Source: Promethearchaeota archaeon
GTDB lineage: Archaea > Asgardarchaeota > Heimdallarchaeia > Hodarchaeales > Hodarchaeaceae
Length of the DNA: 64,000 nucleotides
Assembly: GCA_048938105.1 (NCBI GenBank)
Contig: JBHLMN010000003.1
Coordinates: forward strand, 224,001 to 288,000
Reading direction: 5' to 3'
Shown: piece by piece, positions 40,088-51,000 of the stretch
Layout of the letters: every line of letters starts with the position of its first letter
Position numbering within the stretch: position 1 is the first letter of the stretch
The notes under the pieces: generated by a model
The model's input: only the letters and a program-made list of their open reading frames with translations
Databases searched by the model: none
Told to the model about the DNA's origin: nothing
Program-made: the position numbers and the translations under genes

Positions 40088-41234
40088 TTTTTTGAAAATA
40101 ATCCAGAAATTTATCAAATTGAACATATCGATCGAATTCTGAAACGATTCTCTGGCGAGTATTATTACATAATCTCTGATAACTCTCTTGATTAGAGCAT
40201 ATCTCCTTAATTACTTCAGTAAGTTGATCCACGTCACCAGGTTCAATTAAATACCCATTCTCTCCATTATAAACAACTTCTGAAATACCTCCTATATTTG
40301 AGGCAATAACAGGTGTTTTCATTGCTAATGATTCAAGAATAACATTTGGTAATCCCTCTTTATACAAACTTGGAAGTATCAAAAGATCACTTCTCTCATA
40401 GATATTTACAACTTCTCTAGTAAAGGGAATAAAGGTGACAAAGTTTTCTAGTTCCATCTCAATGACTTTATTTTTCAAAAGAAGTTCATCGGGACCATCA
40501 CCAACAATTAAAAGGTGGATCTTTGGGAACCCATTATGAATCAAATTCAGTAGTGCTTTCAATAACAATAGATGTCCTTTACGATGCTCTAGATATCCTA
40601 TACTACAAATTATTGGAGTGGAATCTCTTAAAGGATACATCTTCTCAACTACCAATCTTCTTTCGCTATTAGGGGTGAAAGAATCTATATTTATTCCCTG
40701 ATAGATGCAAGAAACCAGCTTTTCAGAAATGCTATACTTCTCTATAAGGTGTCTTCGCGCATATTCTGTAATTGTTACAATGAATGATGGAATAGATCGA
40801 TCTGGAAGATAAAATTCTCTTTTGTATGTTGGTACAATGGTTCCTGTTTTCATAATTAATATTGTTTTCAAATTTGCTTTCTTGATACATTTAGCTGCAA
40901 AAATTGAACAATGGAAGTTGCCTCTTGGTGGATGAACAGTACATATAGCAACATCACAATCTCTTAGCGATTTTATCCAAATATTCATTAATTCACTGCT
41001 CTGTAAATCTGTTTCATGATAGTTATAATTCGATAGAAAAATAGGAAGTCCATTTTTCCTGCATTCGTCATCAAGCCAGCCTTTCCTGGGTGTCAATACA
41101 GTTATATCGATACCTTGATTGAGAAAATAAGTGATAGCTTCTAATACCCAAAGTTGGGTTCCCCCGTGTAATTTAGTGTCCTCGATAAAGCCTATATGCA
41201 AAGTAATCTCCTTCTTGGTGTAAAAAATTTGCAT
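40074..41234 (-). CDS. GT4 glycosyltransferase
   Basis: GGTQ, RKGH, VGDGP, EGLPNVILESL. Confidence 0.9.
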   Translation of the reverse strand: MQIFYTKKEITLHIGFIEDTKLHGGTQLWVLEAITYFLNQGIDITVLTPRKGWLDDECRKNGLPIFLSNYNYHETDLQSSELMNIWIKSLRDCDVAICTVHPPRGNFHCSIFAAKCIKKANLKTILIMKTGTIVPTYKREFYLPDRSIPSFIVTITEYARRHLIEKYSISEKLVSCIYQGINIDSFTPNSERRLVVEKMYPLRDSTPIICSIGYLEHRKGHLLLLKALLNLIHNGFPKIHLLIVGDGPDELLLKNKVIEMELENFVTFIPFTREVVNIYERSDLLILPSLYKEGLPNVILESLAMKTPVIASNIGGISEVVYNGENGYLIEPGDVDQLTEVIKEICSNQESYQRLCNNTRQRIVSEFDRYVQFDKFLDYFQKIIRE

Positions 41235-41295
41235 CTATAACTTGAAAGAAAACAAGAGTTTAAAGTAATCCTGTAAGGATCTTAATCTTTTAACC

Positions 41296-41463
41296 TTAAT
41301 TTCTTCTGGTTTGATTTGTGATCATTGATCTAATGATTTTACTACGGTTATGACCCAAATCCCAGTGTAGCACAATTTCAAACTCAGTTTTTGGGACTAA
41401 TACAGGCGTTGGTAATGTTCTAATAATCAAGAGAGATAATGTTTTTGAACCTAGTAAAATCAA
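41296..41463 (-). pseudogene. Truncated paralogue of the SBP N-terminus
   Basis: Translates to …KTEFEIVLHWDLGHNRSKIIRSMITNQTRRN*, 17/24 aa identical to SBP residues 35-58 (31369-31440). Confidence 0.75.
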
Positions 41464-41685
41464 TTACTTTCTTCTTATAGCTTCATTAAGATCAATACAT
41501 TTCATTAGTTCATAAGCTCATTAAGAAAGTATTTCTCAATTTTACTCCATAATAATTTGAAAAAGTCTTCGACTTCCTTCTTAATAACTTTTTGGCTATT
41601 ATCTCAACTTCAGTAATATTAATTACTATAAAAAGAGATAAATGCACATGTAAAATTGGAAATAATAACATAGAATCGAAATAAA

Positions 41686-43584
41686 GTGTTGAATTTTTTG
41701 TTGTTAATACCAGAAAAATCTAAGAGATATCTTAACAAGAAACTATTGAAACTATATGGTAAAAAAGCAAGAGAAACTTATGATAGTCTTGTAAAAATCT
41801 TAGAAAAATATTCTGAAGAAGATTCGATGATCAAGGGGATAATGAAATCCACAACAGCTAAAATAAAGTTTACTGAAAATGATATTCTGTTAAATATTTA
41901 TGCTAATTCGATCCAAGGTACCCAAGGTTCACCATTTCAAGCACTTTATCGTTTCAGTGAAAAATTTCTAAGTGGTCATATCAATGGAATTCATGTTTTA
42001 CCTTTCTATTGTTGGGACACTGATCACGGCTTTTCTGTTCTTAATTATTATGAAGTTGATTCTAGAAATGGGTACTGGGAAGATTTTACTTCTTTGAGTG
42101 AAATTTTCGAAAAAATCATGGTGGATTGCGTAATTAATCACGGATCTATTGATAATCCCATTATTCAAAAAGCTCTAAGCGGTGATCAAGAATTCACGGA
42201 TTTTGTTATTGTTTTTGATGATCATACTAAACCATCCCAAGAAAATTTACTCAAAATTACACGAGCACGACCCTCACCAGTTTTAACCCGTTATTATCTT
42301 ATGACTGATAGGGATAATAGGACATGGGCAACTTTCAACAAACCCATAAAAAAAGGATCTTTAGTTTTACATTCTGGATGGGTATGGACAACTTTTAGCA
42401 GACCAAATCATCCTGATGGAACAATAGCTACAAGACAGATTGATTTTAATTTTGCGAATCCTAAGGTCTTTTTAGAATTTGTTAAAATAATATTATTTTA
42501 TGTTTCTAAAGGCGCGCGTTGGATTCGACTCGATGCAATTGGTTATCTTTGGAAGAAGATTGGTACCTCATGTCTTCATCTACCAGAAACCCACATGCTT
42601 ATTCAAATTTTTACTGAGATTTTTAAAATTCTTGACCATTTGCAAGTTGTTTTAATAGCTGAGGTAAATGAACCGCAAGAAAAGGCTTTGCAATACCTTG
42701 GTACCGAGGATACTGCAGAAGCAGACATGATATATCTTTTCACACATTATCCACTCGCTATTCATGCAGTTCTCACTGGTTCTGCAGAATATTACATGAA
42801 TTGGATCCCTTCACTTGCTAATGCTAGGGGTCGATTGTTTATCAGTGTTTTAGGGACACATGATGGAATGGGAATGAAACCCATTGGAAAATGGCTCCCT
42901 GAAACCGAGAAGAAGAGATTACAAAGAATATTAGTCGAAAAACACGGCGCACTGCCCAATTATGCTATATTACCTGGGGGTGAGAAAATAATTTATGAAT
43001 TGTGCGCTACACCATGGAATTTCGTTAATGAAATTAATACTGATGATCCATTATCTATCCAGATCGATAGATATTTAGCTGTTTTTGCCCTAGGATTATC
43101 TCTTAAAGGGGTTCCCTCAATCTACATTAACGGTTTATTAGGAATCCAAAATTATGAAGGGAAACTAGATGAAAATCGCACAATCAACAGGGAAATATTT
43201 GATGAAAATGAATTGAATGAAAGATTAAGTGATAGAAATTCTCGGATGTATCAAATCTTCTCAAGAATAATAAATTTAATAAAAATACGAGGAGATGAAC
43301 AAGCATTTGACCCTAAAGGGGAGACGCGTGTTTTTCCTTTAAATAAAGCTGTTGTTTCTGTTCTTTTATCGTCTTTTAGTGGAGATGAGAAAATATTCAT
43401 ATTGATTAATGTTTCAGGAGAAGCTCAACCAGTTTCTATTAACATAGATAGACTAGAGATTAAACCTGCCACTGCAATCAAAGATATCATCACAAAACTT
43501 AGTTATGAAATCAATCAGCAAACAAGAAGCTTAGAAATAAACATGAAACCCTATCAAATCTGTTGGTTAAAGATTAATCAATAA
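41686..43584 (+). CDS. GH13_18 glycoside phosphorylase, likely glucosylglycerate phosphorylase
   Basis: HVLPF, DHGF, VINH, WTTFS, RLDAIGYLWK, acid/base EVN, THDG, YEL. Confidence 0.85.
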   Translation: MLNFLLLIPEKSKRYLNKKLLKLYGKKARETYDSLVKILEKYSEEDSMIKGIMKSTTAKIKFTENDILLNIYANSIQGTQGSPFQALYRFSEKFLSGHINGIHVLPFYCWDTDHGFSVLNYYEVDSRNGYWEDFTSLSEIFEKIMVDCVINHGSIDNPIIQKALSGDQEFTDFVIVFDDHTKPSQENLLKITRARPSPVLTRYYLMTDRDNRTWATFNKPIKKGSLVLHSGWVWTTFSRPNHPDGTIATRQIDFNFANPKVFLEFVKIILFYVSKGARWIRLDAIGYLWKKIGTSCLHLPETHMLIQIFTEIFKILDHLQVVLIAEVNEPQEKALQYLGTEDTAEADMIYLFTHYPLAIHAVLTGSAEYYMNWIPSLANARGRLFISVLGTHDGMGMKPIGKWLPETEKKRLQRILVEKHGALPNYAILPGGEKIIYELCATPWNFVNEINTDDPLSIQIDRYLAVFALGLSLKGVPSIYINGLLGIQNYEGKLDENRTINREIFDENELNERLSDRNSRMYQIFSRIINLIKIRGDEQAFDPKGETRVFPLNKAVVSVLLSSFSGDEKIFILINVSGEAQPVSINIDRLEIKPATAIKDIITKLSYEINQQTRSLEINMKPYQICWLKINQ

Positions 43585-43652
43585 CCAAAATAAAAGTATA
43601 AAATCAATACATCACTCTAACCAAACGAAATCGATATGGGAGACAAAGATAA

Positions 43653-44855
43653 TTGAATAAACCAGTCATTGTAGTTCCTAGTTATTGGAGGAAGGGACCA
43701 TTTCAGGAGAAAGATTGCATTTATGATCATCCCACAGACCTCTCAAATCCAGAAGACACAATTTCTGAAACATTAAAGTCATTTGTGAGTATAAAGGGAG
43801 ATTTTGATGTATTAGTGATTGGAGCCCCAACACGCTCAAGTATTGGAAAAGAAATGGATAAAGCAGTCTTGGAACTCATAGAAAATCTCAAATTACCATA
43901 TAAAGTCTATTATTATGGTTTTGAAGAGTATATTACGCTAAAAGAGTATTTAACCTCACAATACTCTTCAAATATATTAAATCTTTTTTCAAATAGAGGT
44001 TATGGCAATATACGCAATCAATGTATTCTGATTCCTCATTTATTACAATATGATGTTGCAATTCTGATAGATGATGATGAAATTATTACTGATCAAAACT
44101 TTATTAACAAAGCAACTGAATTTATAGGTAAAAAATTTAACGATACTACTTTAGGGTTAATCCTAGGATTCTATAAAAATAAAGATAGTTCAATCTTTCT
44201 AGATGAAACAAAAGTTCCTTGGTGGGAGTTAGTTTGGAATAAAACAGAAATGATGAATAGATCTTTACAGATAATCGAATCGTCGAACTCTAATCGTCTA
44301 GTAGACACTCCGTTTGCACTAGGAGGAAATATGGTAATTCATAAAGATTGCTGGAGTAAAGTCCCTTTTGATCCTTTAATTTCACGTGGGGAGGATATGG
44401 ATTATCTTAGGAATGTAAAGTTGTTGGGATTTGATGCAAAATTAGATAAGAGTCTTTTTATAATTCACAAACCTCCAAAGACTCAAACTTCCTACCTAGA
44501 TAAACTCAAACAAGATATCTTTAGATTTCTTTATGCAAGTGCTAAGCTTGAAGGTTTTGGGATAAACCCCGAAGATTATGATCCTTATCCAGGATTTTTC
44601 TTAAAACAAACAGAAGGAAAAGCTCTATTGACCGAACTACTCCATCACATCTTTCATAATTACGAGAAAATAATAACTGCAAGAAACACAGAAGAATTCT
44701 TTAGCAAAATACAAGAAATGCAATCAATCTTCGACGATGCATCTAAATTTGCAAAGAAAAACTCTAATTTCTACAACAATTTCCAAAAAAAATGGGAGGA
44801 ATTCATGAATAACCTTCAATCAGACTTACATATTGAAATAGTGAAAACTATTTAG
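43653..44855 (+). CDS. GT-A fold glycosyltransferase
   Basis: YGNIRN, LIDDDE, GGNM, RGEDMDY. Confidence 0.75.
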   Translation: MNKPVIVVPSYWRKGPFQEKDCIYDHPTDLSNPEDTISETLKSFVSIKGDFDVLVIGAPTRSSIGKEMDKAVLELIENLKLPYKVYYYGFEEYITLKEYLTSQYSSNILNLFSNRGYGNIRNQCILIPHLLQYDVAILIDDDEIITDQNFINKATEFIGKKFNDTTLGLILGFYKNKDSSIFLDETKVPWWELVWNKTEMMNRSLQIIESSNSNRLVDTPFALGGNMVIHKDCWSKVPFDPLISRGEDMDYLRNVKLLGFDAKLDKSLFIIHKPPKTQTSYLDKLKQDIFRFLYASAKLEGFGINPEDYDPYPGFFLKQTEGKALLTELLHHIFHNYEKIITARNTEEFFSKIQEMQSIFDDASKFAKKNSNFYNNFQKKWEEFMNNLQSDLHIEIVKTI

Positions 44856-44906
44856 TATTGTGGAGATTATTCGAATCCTAGTCCCTTTCCTTGAGATTAA
44901 CTTATA

Positions 44907-45206
44907 TTATGAAGGATGAAGATCAGTTTCAGTAAGAAATGAAATATCAATCAATGCTTTAAACAGGCCAACAAATAATCCAAAGAATGTGCATATCAAC
45001 ACGGAATATCTGATCGTTGTCTCATTAACTATCATCTCTGGTGGAAAAAGGAACCCCAACGGAATGAGAATGATACTCAAAATAAAGAGTATAATGATAC
45101 ATACAAGATCAAATCCAAGTACGCATCCACCGACTAGTAAGGTTTTCCTAAAGGCTATTTTCCAAGTAACATCCAACTTCTCAATCTTTTTTTGAATTGA
45201 AGACAT
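44907..45206 (-). CDS. Small 2-TM hypothetical protein
   Basis: Two hydrophobic segments; GGGGA RBS-like sequence. Confidence 0.55.
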   Translation of the reverse strand: MSSIQKKIEKLDVTWKIAFRKTLLVGGCVLGFDLVCIIILFILSIILIPLGFLFPPEMIVNETTIRYSVLICTFFGLFVGLFKALIDISFLTETDLHPS

Positions 45207-45400
45207 TTTCGTTCCCCTAAGGAATTTAACACTAAATGTTATAAAGATGTGGCTTGATTAGAAAGAATTCAAAAAGAAATTGACTATGAAAACAATAAAG
45301 CTATTTTAATATACTTTACTAGAGCTTATTCATATAGAAAATAAAACTTCAGACAATCAATCAATTGAAAAATCCTTTCAAATAGAAAGTGAGAGTATTA

Positions 45401-45538
45401 TTGTTGAATGAAGTAGTAAATGAGGATAAAACTTCAAACGACGAAGAGAAAGCACAACGACCTTCTTGTAAATACTGTGGTAATGAGATACCTTATATCT
45501 CTAAATATTGCCCAATATGTGGGGAACAACTTTTCTAA
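45401..45538 (+). CDS. Small zinc-ribbon protein (or gene remnant)
   Basis: Manual translation …RPSCKYCGNEIPYISKYCPICGEQLF*; TTG/GTG start; below the ORF-track cutoff. Confidence 0.55.
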   Translation: MLNEVVNEDKTSNDEEKAQRPSCKYCGNEIPYISKYCPICGEQLF

Positions 45539-45604
45539 CAACATATCTTTCTGTGATCTATAAAGGATTTAAACTGAAAAAAACTTTGCTTCCATTGATT
45601 TATC

Positions 45605-46390
45605 TTGGGTAAACATTATTGGCATATTTTTTTTGACTTACATGGAGTATTAGCTGACGTTAATGCCGTAAACAAGAATTACCAAAATTATTTGATAAAA
45701 ATTCTGACCCCAACAGGGATATCCCTAAATGAAGTTAAAGAGATTCATGAAAAAGGTTTTAAAAAGTGGATTACAGACATAACACATCTCTTTAATGAGT
45801 TTGAGGAGTGGGAAAACGATGAAACCAGTTTAGAAGCCTTCATGAGAAATTATAAACTAATAGACTGGAAATGGGAAGAATTTATTCTCGATTTTGTACC
45901 ATTGAAACATAAGAAATCCATTAGACCACTTTTAAACACATCACTAGTCGAATATGAAGCCCTTGTGAATGGCCCTTATCCTATTCTCTATCCCGAAGTA
46001 AATCCTTTACTAAAAGAATTAAAAAAGATAAAAGATCTATTTCTGCATATTGCCTCCTCTGCTTCTTCAGAGCACGTTAAAGGTGCTGTTGATCTTCATA
46101 ATTTGAGAAATTTCTTTATAAATTTAATTGGTTATGATACTGTCAGAGCCCCGAAAAAAGCAAGTTCAGGAATATACTTCAAAAGCATGCTTGAAATCAC
46201 AGATGCAAATCCTAGTAGATCCATCTTTGTAGGTGACTCCAAGGAGGAAGCAAATCTTGCTAGTAAATTCGGAATGGAGTATATAATGGTATGGAGAGAC
46301 TTTCACTCTGAAGAATCAAGGAATATGGGTTTTCGGATAATTGATAACTTAACAGCTTTACTCCCTATCATCAAGGAGTTAATAGTTTGA
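45605..46390 (+). CDS. HAD-superfamily hydrolase
   Basis: FFDLHGVL (motif I variant), LYPEV, IASS, APKK, FVGDS. Confidence 0.85.
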   Translation: MGKHYWHIFFDLHGVLADVNAVNKNYQNYLIKILTPTGISLNEVKEIHEKGFKKWITDITHLFNEFEEWENDETSLEAFMRNYKLIDWKWEEFILDFVPLKHKKSIRPLLNTSLVEYEALVNGPYPILYPEVNPLLKELKKIKDLFLHIASSASSEHVKGAVDLHNLRNFFINLIGYDTVRAPKKASSGIYFKSMLEITDANPSRSIFVGDSKEEANLASKFGMEYIMVWRDFHSEESRNMGFRIIDNLTALLPIIKELIV

Positions 46391-46410
46391 AGAAAAAAAA
46401 TTTCCTTTTC

Positions 46411-47727
46411 TTAGAAGTTTAAGAATATACTCCAGACTGCATCGACTGCCATGTGGACTAAAGCAGCAGGCACAATTTTCTGGGTTTTCCAATACGTCCA
46501 GCCGTATGCAAACCCAGCGAAGCTAGCAAAGAAAATATATCTAATATCTTCGAAATGAGCCCAACCAAAGAGAATGGAGCTTAAGACCAAGGCTGTTATT
46601 ATAGGATCTTTAGTTTTAGAGACAAGTAAAAAGCCAAAAATTCCGAGAATTATAGCAATCATAAAATAGAGTGCTTCTAAGGGAACATTTTGCACGAGAG
46701 GCCATACTTGCCCTTCCGCATCTCCCAGAGGCTCAGCTAAGGAGCCAATAATTTCTTTGAGAGGGGAAAATAGAGGAATCCAGCTCAAAGCATCTATTAT
46801 ATCATCAATCCAAGGTGTGATGATAATTAAACCAATTAAACCCAAGATTCCCCCATATAACCAGCTATTAGCCACATTACCATTTTCAAGCTTCTCTGCA
46901 ATAAGGTTGAAGATGAACCCCCGAAAAAACATTTCTTCTATTAGCGCTGTACCAAGGAATATTAGAATAAATGTTAAGATAATATCAACTAAAGAAACAG
47001 GTAATTCTGCTGTAAGATTCATTACTTTTTCTAAGATTATGTCAGGAGGAGCTAAGAAATAGCTAATTATCCCTAAAGGAAGTATTATGAGAACAAGTAT
47101 TCCATTAGCTTTACCAGCAATAAGAAGATCCTCTTTTGATAATGAAAAAGTCAAACCCATATCATGAAAACGGACAAATATTAAAGCATAAATGAATGCA
47201 AACAATGCTAAGAGAGTATCAAAGGGAATATCCCCCAATTCTACTTTTCCTAGGAGATCATCGACCAGTCCAAATTCGATTGGAAGCCAGACCCACAATC
47301 CAGCAAGTACATCAATATAAGAGAGTCCATCTCTAGTTTGATTAGAAAAAGAGAGGTATAATAATGTGGGGGTAAGAATGAAAAAAAAACCTGAAATAAC
47401 TTGAACTAAACTCGTTAAAAAATCTGGGGATGTAGGAACAATAAATCGATAAATAGCAAAAATGATAAATACGGAAAAAGGTGGGATAAGTCTACGTTCT
47501 GTTGTTGAAAAAAGTAATCTTCCAAACTCAACAATTTTAGGTGTGAAAATATATAAGAAGAATCCTCCTAGTAAGAGTAAGAAAAGCGATCCAAATAGAA
47601 ACTGTTCACCTGGAAGATTCAATTCCTGAACGAAAAACATTGAAAAAAGTAGAAATAGAAAACATGTTCCTATGATAAAATCAGACGTTTTAATTATTTC
47701 TTTCCAGTTCTCTGAAAAATGACTCAC
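46411..47727 (-). CDS. CPBP/CAAX intramembrane protease, long form
   Basis: IEEMFFRG, FGWAH, VHMAVD. Confidence 0.85.
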   Translation of the reverse strand: MSHFSENWKEIIKTSDFIIGTCFLFLLFSMFFVQELNLPGEQFLFGSLFLLLLGGFFLYIFTPKIVEFGRLLFSTTERRLIPPFSVFIIFAIYRFIVPTSPDFLTSLVQVISGFFFILTPTLLYLSFSNQTRDGLSYIDVLAGLWVWLPIEFGLVDDLLGKVELGDIPFDTLLALFAFIYALIFVRFHDMGLTFSLSKEDLLIAGKANGILVLIILPLGIISYFLAPPDIILEKVMNLTAELPVSLVDIILTFILIFLGTALIEEMFFRGFIFNLIAEKLENGNVANSWLYGGILGLIGLIIITPWIDDIIDALSWIPLFSPLKEIIGSLAEPLGDAEGQVWPLVQNVPLEALYFMIAIILGIFGFLLVSKTKDPIITALVLSSILFGWAHFEDIRYIFFASFAGFAYGWTYWKTQKIVPAALVHMAVDAVWSIFLNF

Positions 47728-48047
47728 GGTTTAATCGCCTAAATACTTGTGGAAAATATTCTATAATATTATGTTTTATCTTATAATTTCTCATATGATC
47801 CTCAAGTTTATAATAAAAAAATTAAGGATAAGTGCCTGAAAATAACTTAACAGATGAAACCCATAATTTACAAAGACTTTCTTCATAGATTAGAGTTATC
47901 CTAAGTCTATTCAAGAAAGCTTGAAAACCATTTTTCCATGATTCTATAAAACATTCCTTAAAAAAGAGGCTACTCTTATTATAATCACAACCTAAAATCT
48001 TATTTTTTCTAAATATCACAATAAAAAGGTTTAATAGGAGATTAAAT

Positions 48048-51000
48048 ATGAAAATAAAAAGAATTCAGCTTTTAGCTGTTAGTGTGGCGCTTGTTACAAT
48101 GATACTGATGAATCAATCAAGTATTACAAATGCAACATGGCAAGCGCCAAAAAAAGTAGCTGAAGATACCTTAGTTGGCTCCAATGATTTTTTTAGTGAA
48201 GGACTTGAACTAGTTGCAGCAGAAGGCAGCGCACTGATTGCTCAATATTACCAATGGGATGGCCAAAAAACTTTTCCCTTGAACCCTTCAGACCCAGAGT
48301 ATAACAACCTTGATGTCCTTTATATAATTAGTTCAAACCAAGAGAACTGGAGAGATTATTGGCCACGATCCATCTGGGAATTCCGAGACGGCGCAACGGT
48401 CGTCTTTCAGTTCTCTCAAGGGCTTACAGATTCTCTTACTGATGCTGAAGAGATTATTACGGAGCTGGAATCATGGATGGGAACTACACTTGATATCCTG
48501 TACGGAGCAGAAGCAGCTGGTAGTACAACCCTCTTCTATTGGGGATATATGTCAGCCCAAAACCACTCAGATTTTATCATTGACAAATTTTATGATGTTT
48601 TAAGTACAGGCGGATATACTAATTTCATTACAAACGATGTCTTGGCTAGTGCGCCAGTTTCAGTGGTAGGCACTGGTTTAGCTAGATCTCCAACACATCC
48701 AGATTCTGATCCATTTGCACCGCTTGGGGTTGCAGCTTTTATACTTGAAGATGGAATCTCAATTAATGGTGATGATGTCCATAATATGTCAATTTCGTCT
48801 GCATTCGATTTTTCAGGACCTATTCGGCCTAACCCAGATAGCCTATACAGTAAAATTGAATTCAAATTACCATATGTTGCAAATGTATATGATTCCTATC
48901 CTGCAACTGACAATTTATATCCAGAGCTTACACAGAAATTCGAATGGACCTTAAAAGCAGGTAACTGGATTGATGTTAAACATGATGATATCTATGTTAC
49001 TTATGACATGGCTGTTGAGGAATTAGAGACTTTTCCACAAATTACTGCAGAATTAGATGTCAATGCAACTGATTTACTCTCACCTACAGATCCAATTATG
49101 AACTATACAATTGAAATGACCAATACTGGAGATGAAAAAGCATATAATGTAGAATTTGCATGGGATTTGGGGGAAAAACCTGAACCACATTATATCAATG
49201 TCTTTGATTCTGAAAATTTTTATTTTGATCCTACAGTTAAGAGATTCTATAATCATAGTAGTGGTCTATTAGTGGAGGATTTTGCTCTTTCCCTATATCA
49301 TCATAATGCAACGTTGGAGTTCAATATAAGTCAAGAAATTACTGGTTGGTTTATGCATAAGGAAAATGATTCAGTAGTACAGGTAATTACTGGTTGGAAT
49401 GAGACAACAGGAATCCATAACATTGATTTAAGGGCTGTTTATGATGTTGTATACACGAACAAATCCTTCATGAATTTTAAACACTCACCTAATCTTATGA
49501 ATACAACCCTTGAAAATGGTAATTTCGCCTTATACGGTTCGATTGATGAACTTGATATTGGTTCTTCCACAAATTTCTGGTGGGCTATTGATGATCTTCC
49601 CGCAGAGGATGACACTTACCTTATACTAGCGCAAGAACTCACAAATCAAGATTGGAGAAACAATGGTGAGACTACATTCTATATGCAGAATATAACTCAC
49701 TATGATAATACTGGGAACTTTTTACAAGAAAAAACTGGAAAATATATCACAAACATTAAAGACTGGATAATTTGGGAAATGGTTGAAAATCAATCACTAG
49801 ATCTACGTTTTCCTTCACTTAATCCAGAATTTACCCCTGGAGTAATGTTTCGATTTGAAGATAGTACATCACGTGAATTTTTTGGTTGGTCAAACGGATT
49901 AATTGTCCAGTTATACGATGATGAAGCTCTTTTGAAGACTGTGATTTCATTAAATTCTACTATTTTTGAAATCGATGAGACTGCTGAAATTAATGTGACT
50001 ATTGAAAATATTGGCAAAGCTACTGCATCTAATGTTCAGGTACAAGGTTTCCACGCTCAGCTTGGTCCTGATTGGAAATTAAGACAAATAGAGGAATTTT
50101 CTGGAGAAGAAACAGTTGGGACAGGAACTATCGCTCCTGGTCAAATGGTAACACACACCTTCACCAGAAATGTATCCACTTTCCTTGGGATCCATCCAGT
50201 AGGGGTTGTAGTTGATTATACTACAGAGGAAAGCGAAGGATATGATGGAGCTTTCAATGCGACTGATATTCAAAATATCGGTTCAAATTTAATAGTAGCA
50301 ATAGTACTACCAAAACCTGATAAAGCTGGTCAAGATGAACCAAGTTACCCTACACCAATTGTCAATGTATCGGTTTCATGGACAGATGAAAATGGTGGTG
50401 ACATAGAAAACGGGGATCTCATTGAAATTAGAACGGAAGTCAAAAACCTTGGTGACGAAGCTACTACAATCAAACTGTTCTCGTATTTTCCCACGAGAAT
50501 GGCTAGCATAGATGTATATGCACAGTATTACGATGGCAAGAATTTCAAGGTTACTGATATTTCAGGCAATATTTTAACTGGTTATGACGAAGGATTCGCT
50601 ATGGATCACCCCGATTGGCCAATTACCGTAGCTGCAGTTGCAGGATTACATCTAGCACCCAGTGCATCAATCATCTTTTATTACAAACTCACTGTAACTG
50701 ATGCAAAGTCTTTAATTGTACCACCTGTTGCTGTAGAATACGATAGTCGATATCCTATGGCAGGAACTTCAGGTATAGAAGGTTCTAGTGAAGAAGGTGA
50801 AGAAACAAGTCCTATAGCTGTTGAGATACCTATCTCTACAAAAATCCATTCAGAATTCTCAAACATTAAAATGAGCATTCAAGCGGAAGATTCCAGTGGT
50901 TCCAGTTGGACTTCTTACAGCAGCTCATCTCTTCTTTCAGCTTACGCAGCTGTCACACCTCCTGAAGAATCTAGTGAACCAACTAGCACTTCAGGTCCTC

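Noticed and set aside
41262-41270. 9-nt match (AAAGTAATC) to the predicted TnpB guide
   Set aside because: Too short in AT-rich DNA and not preceded by TTAC; expected by chance.
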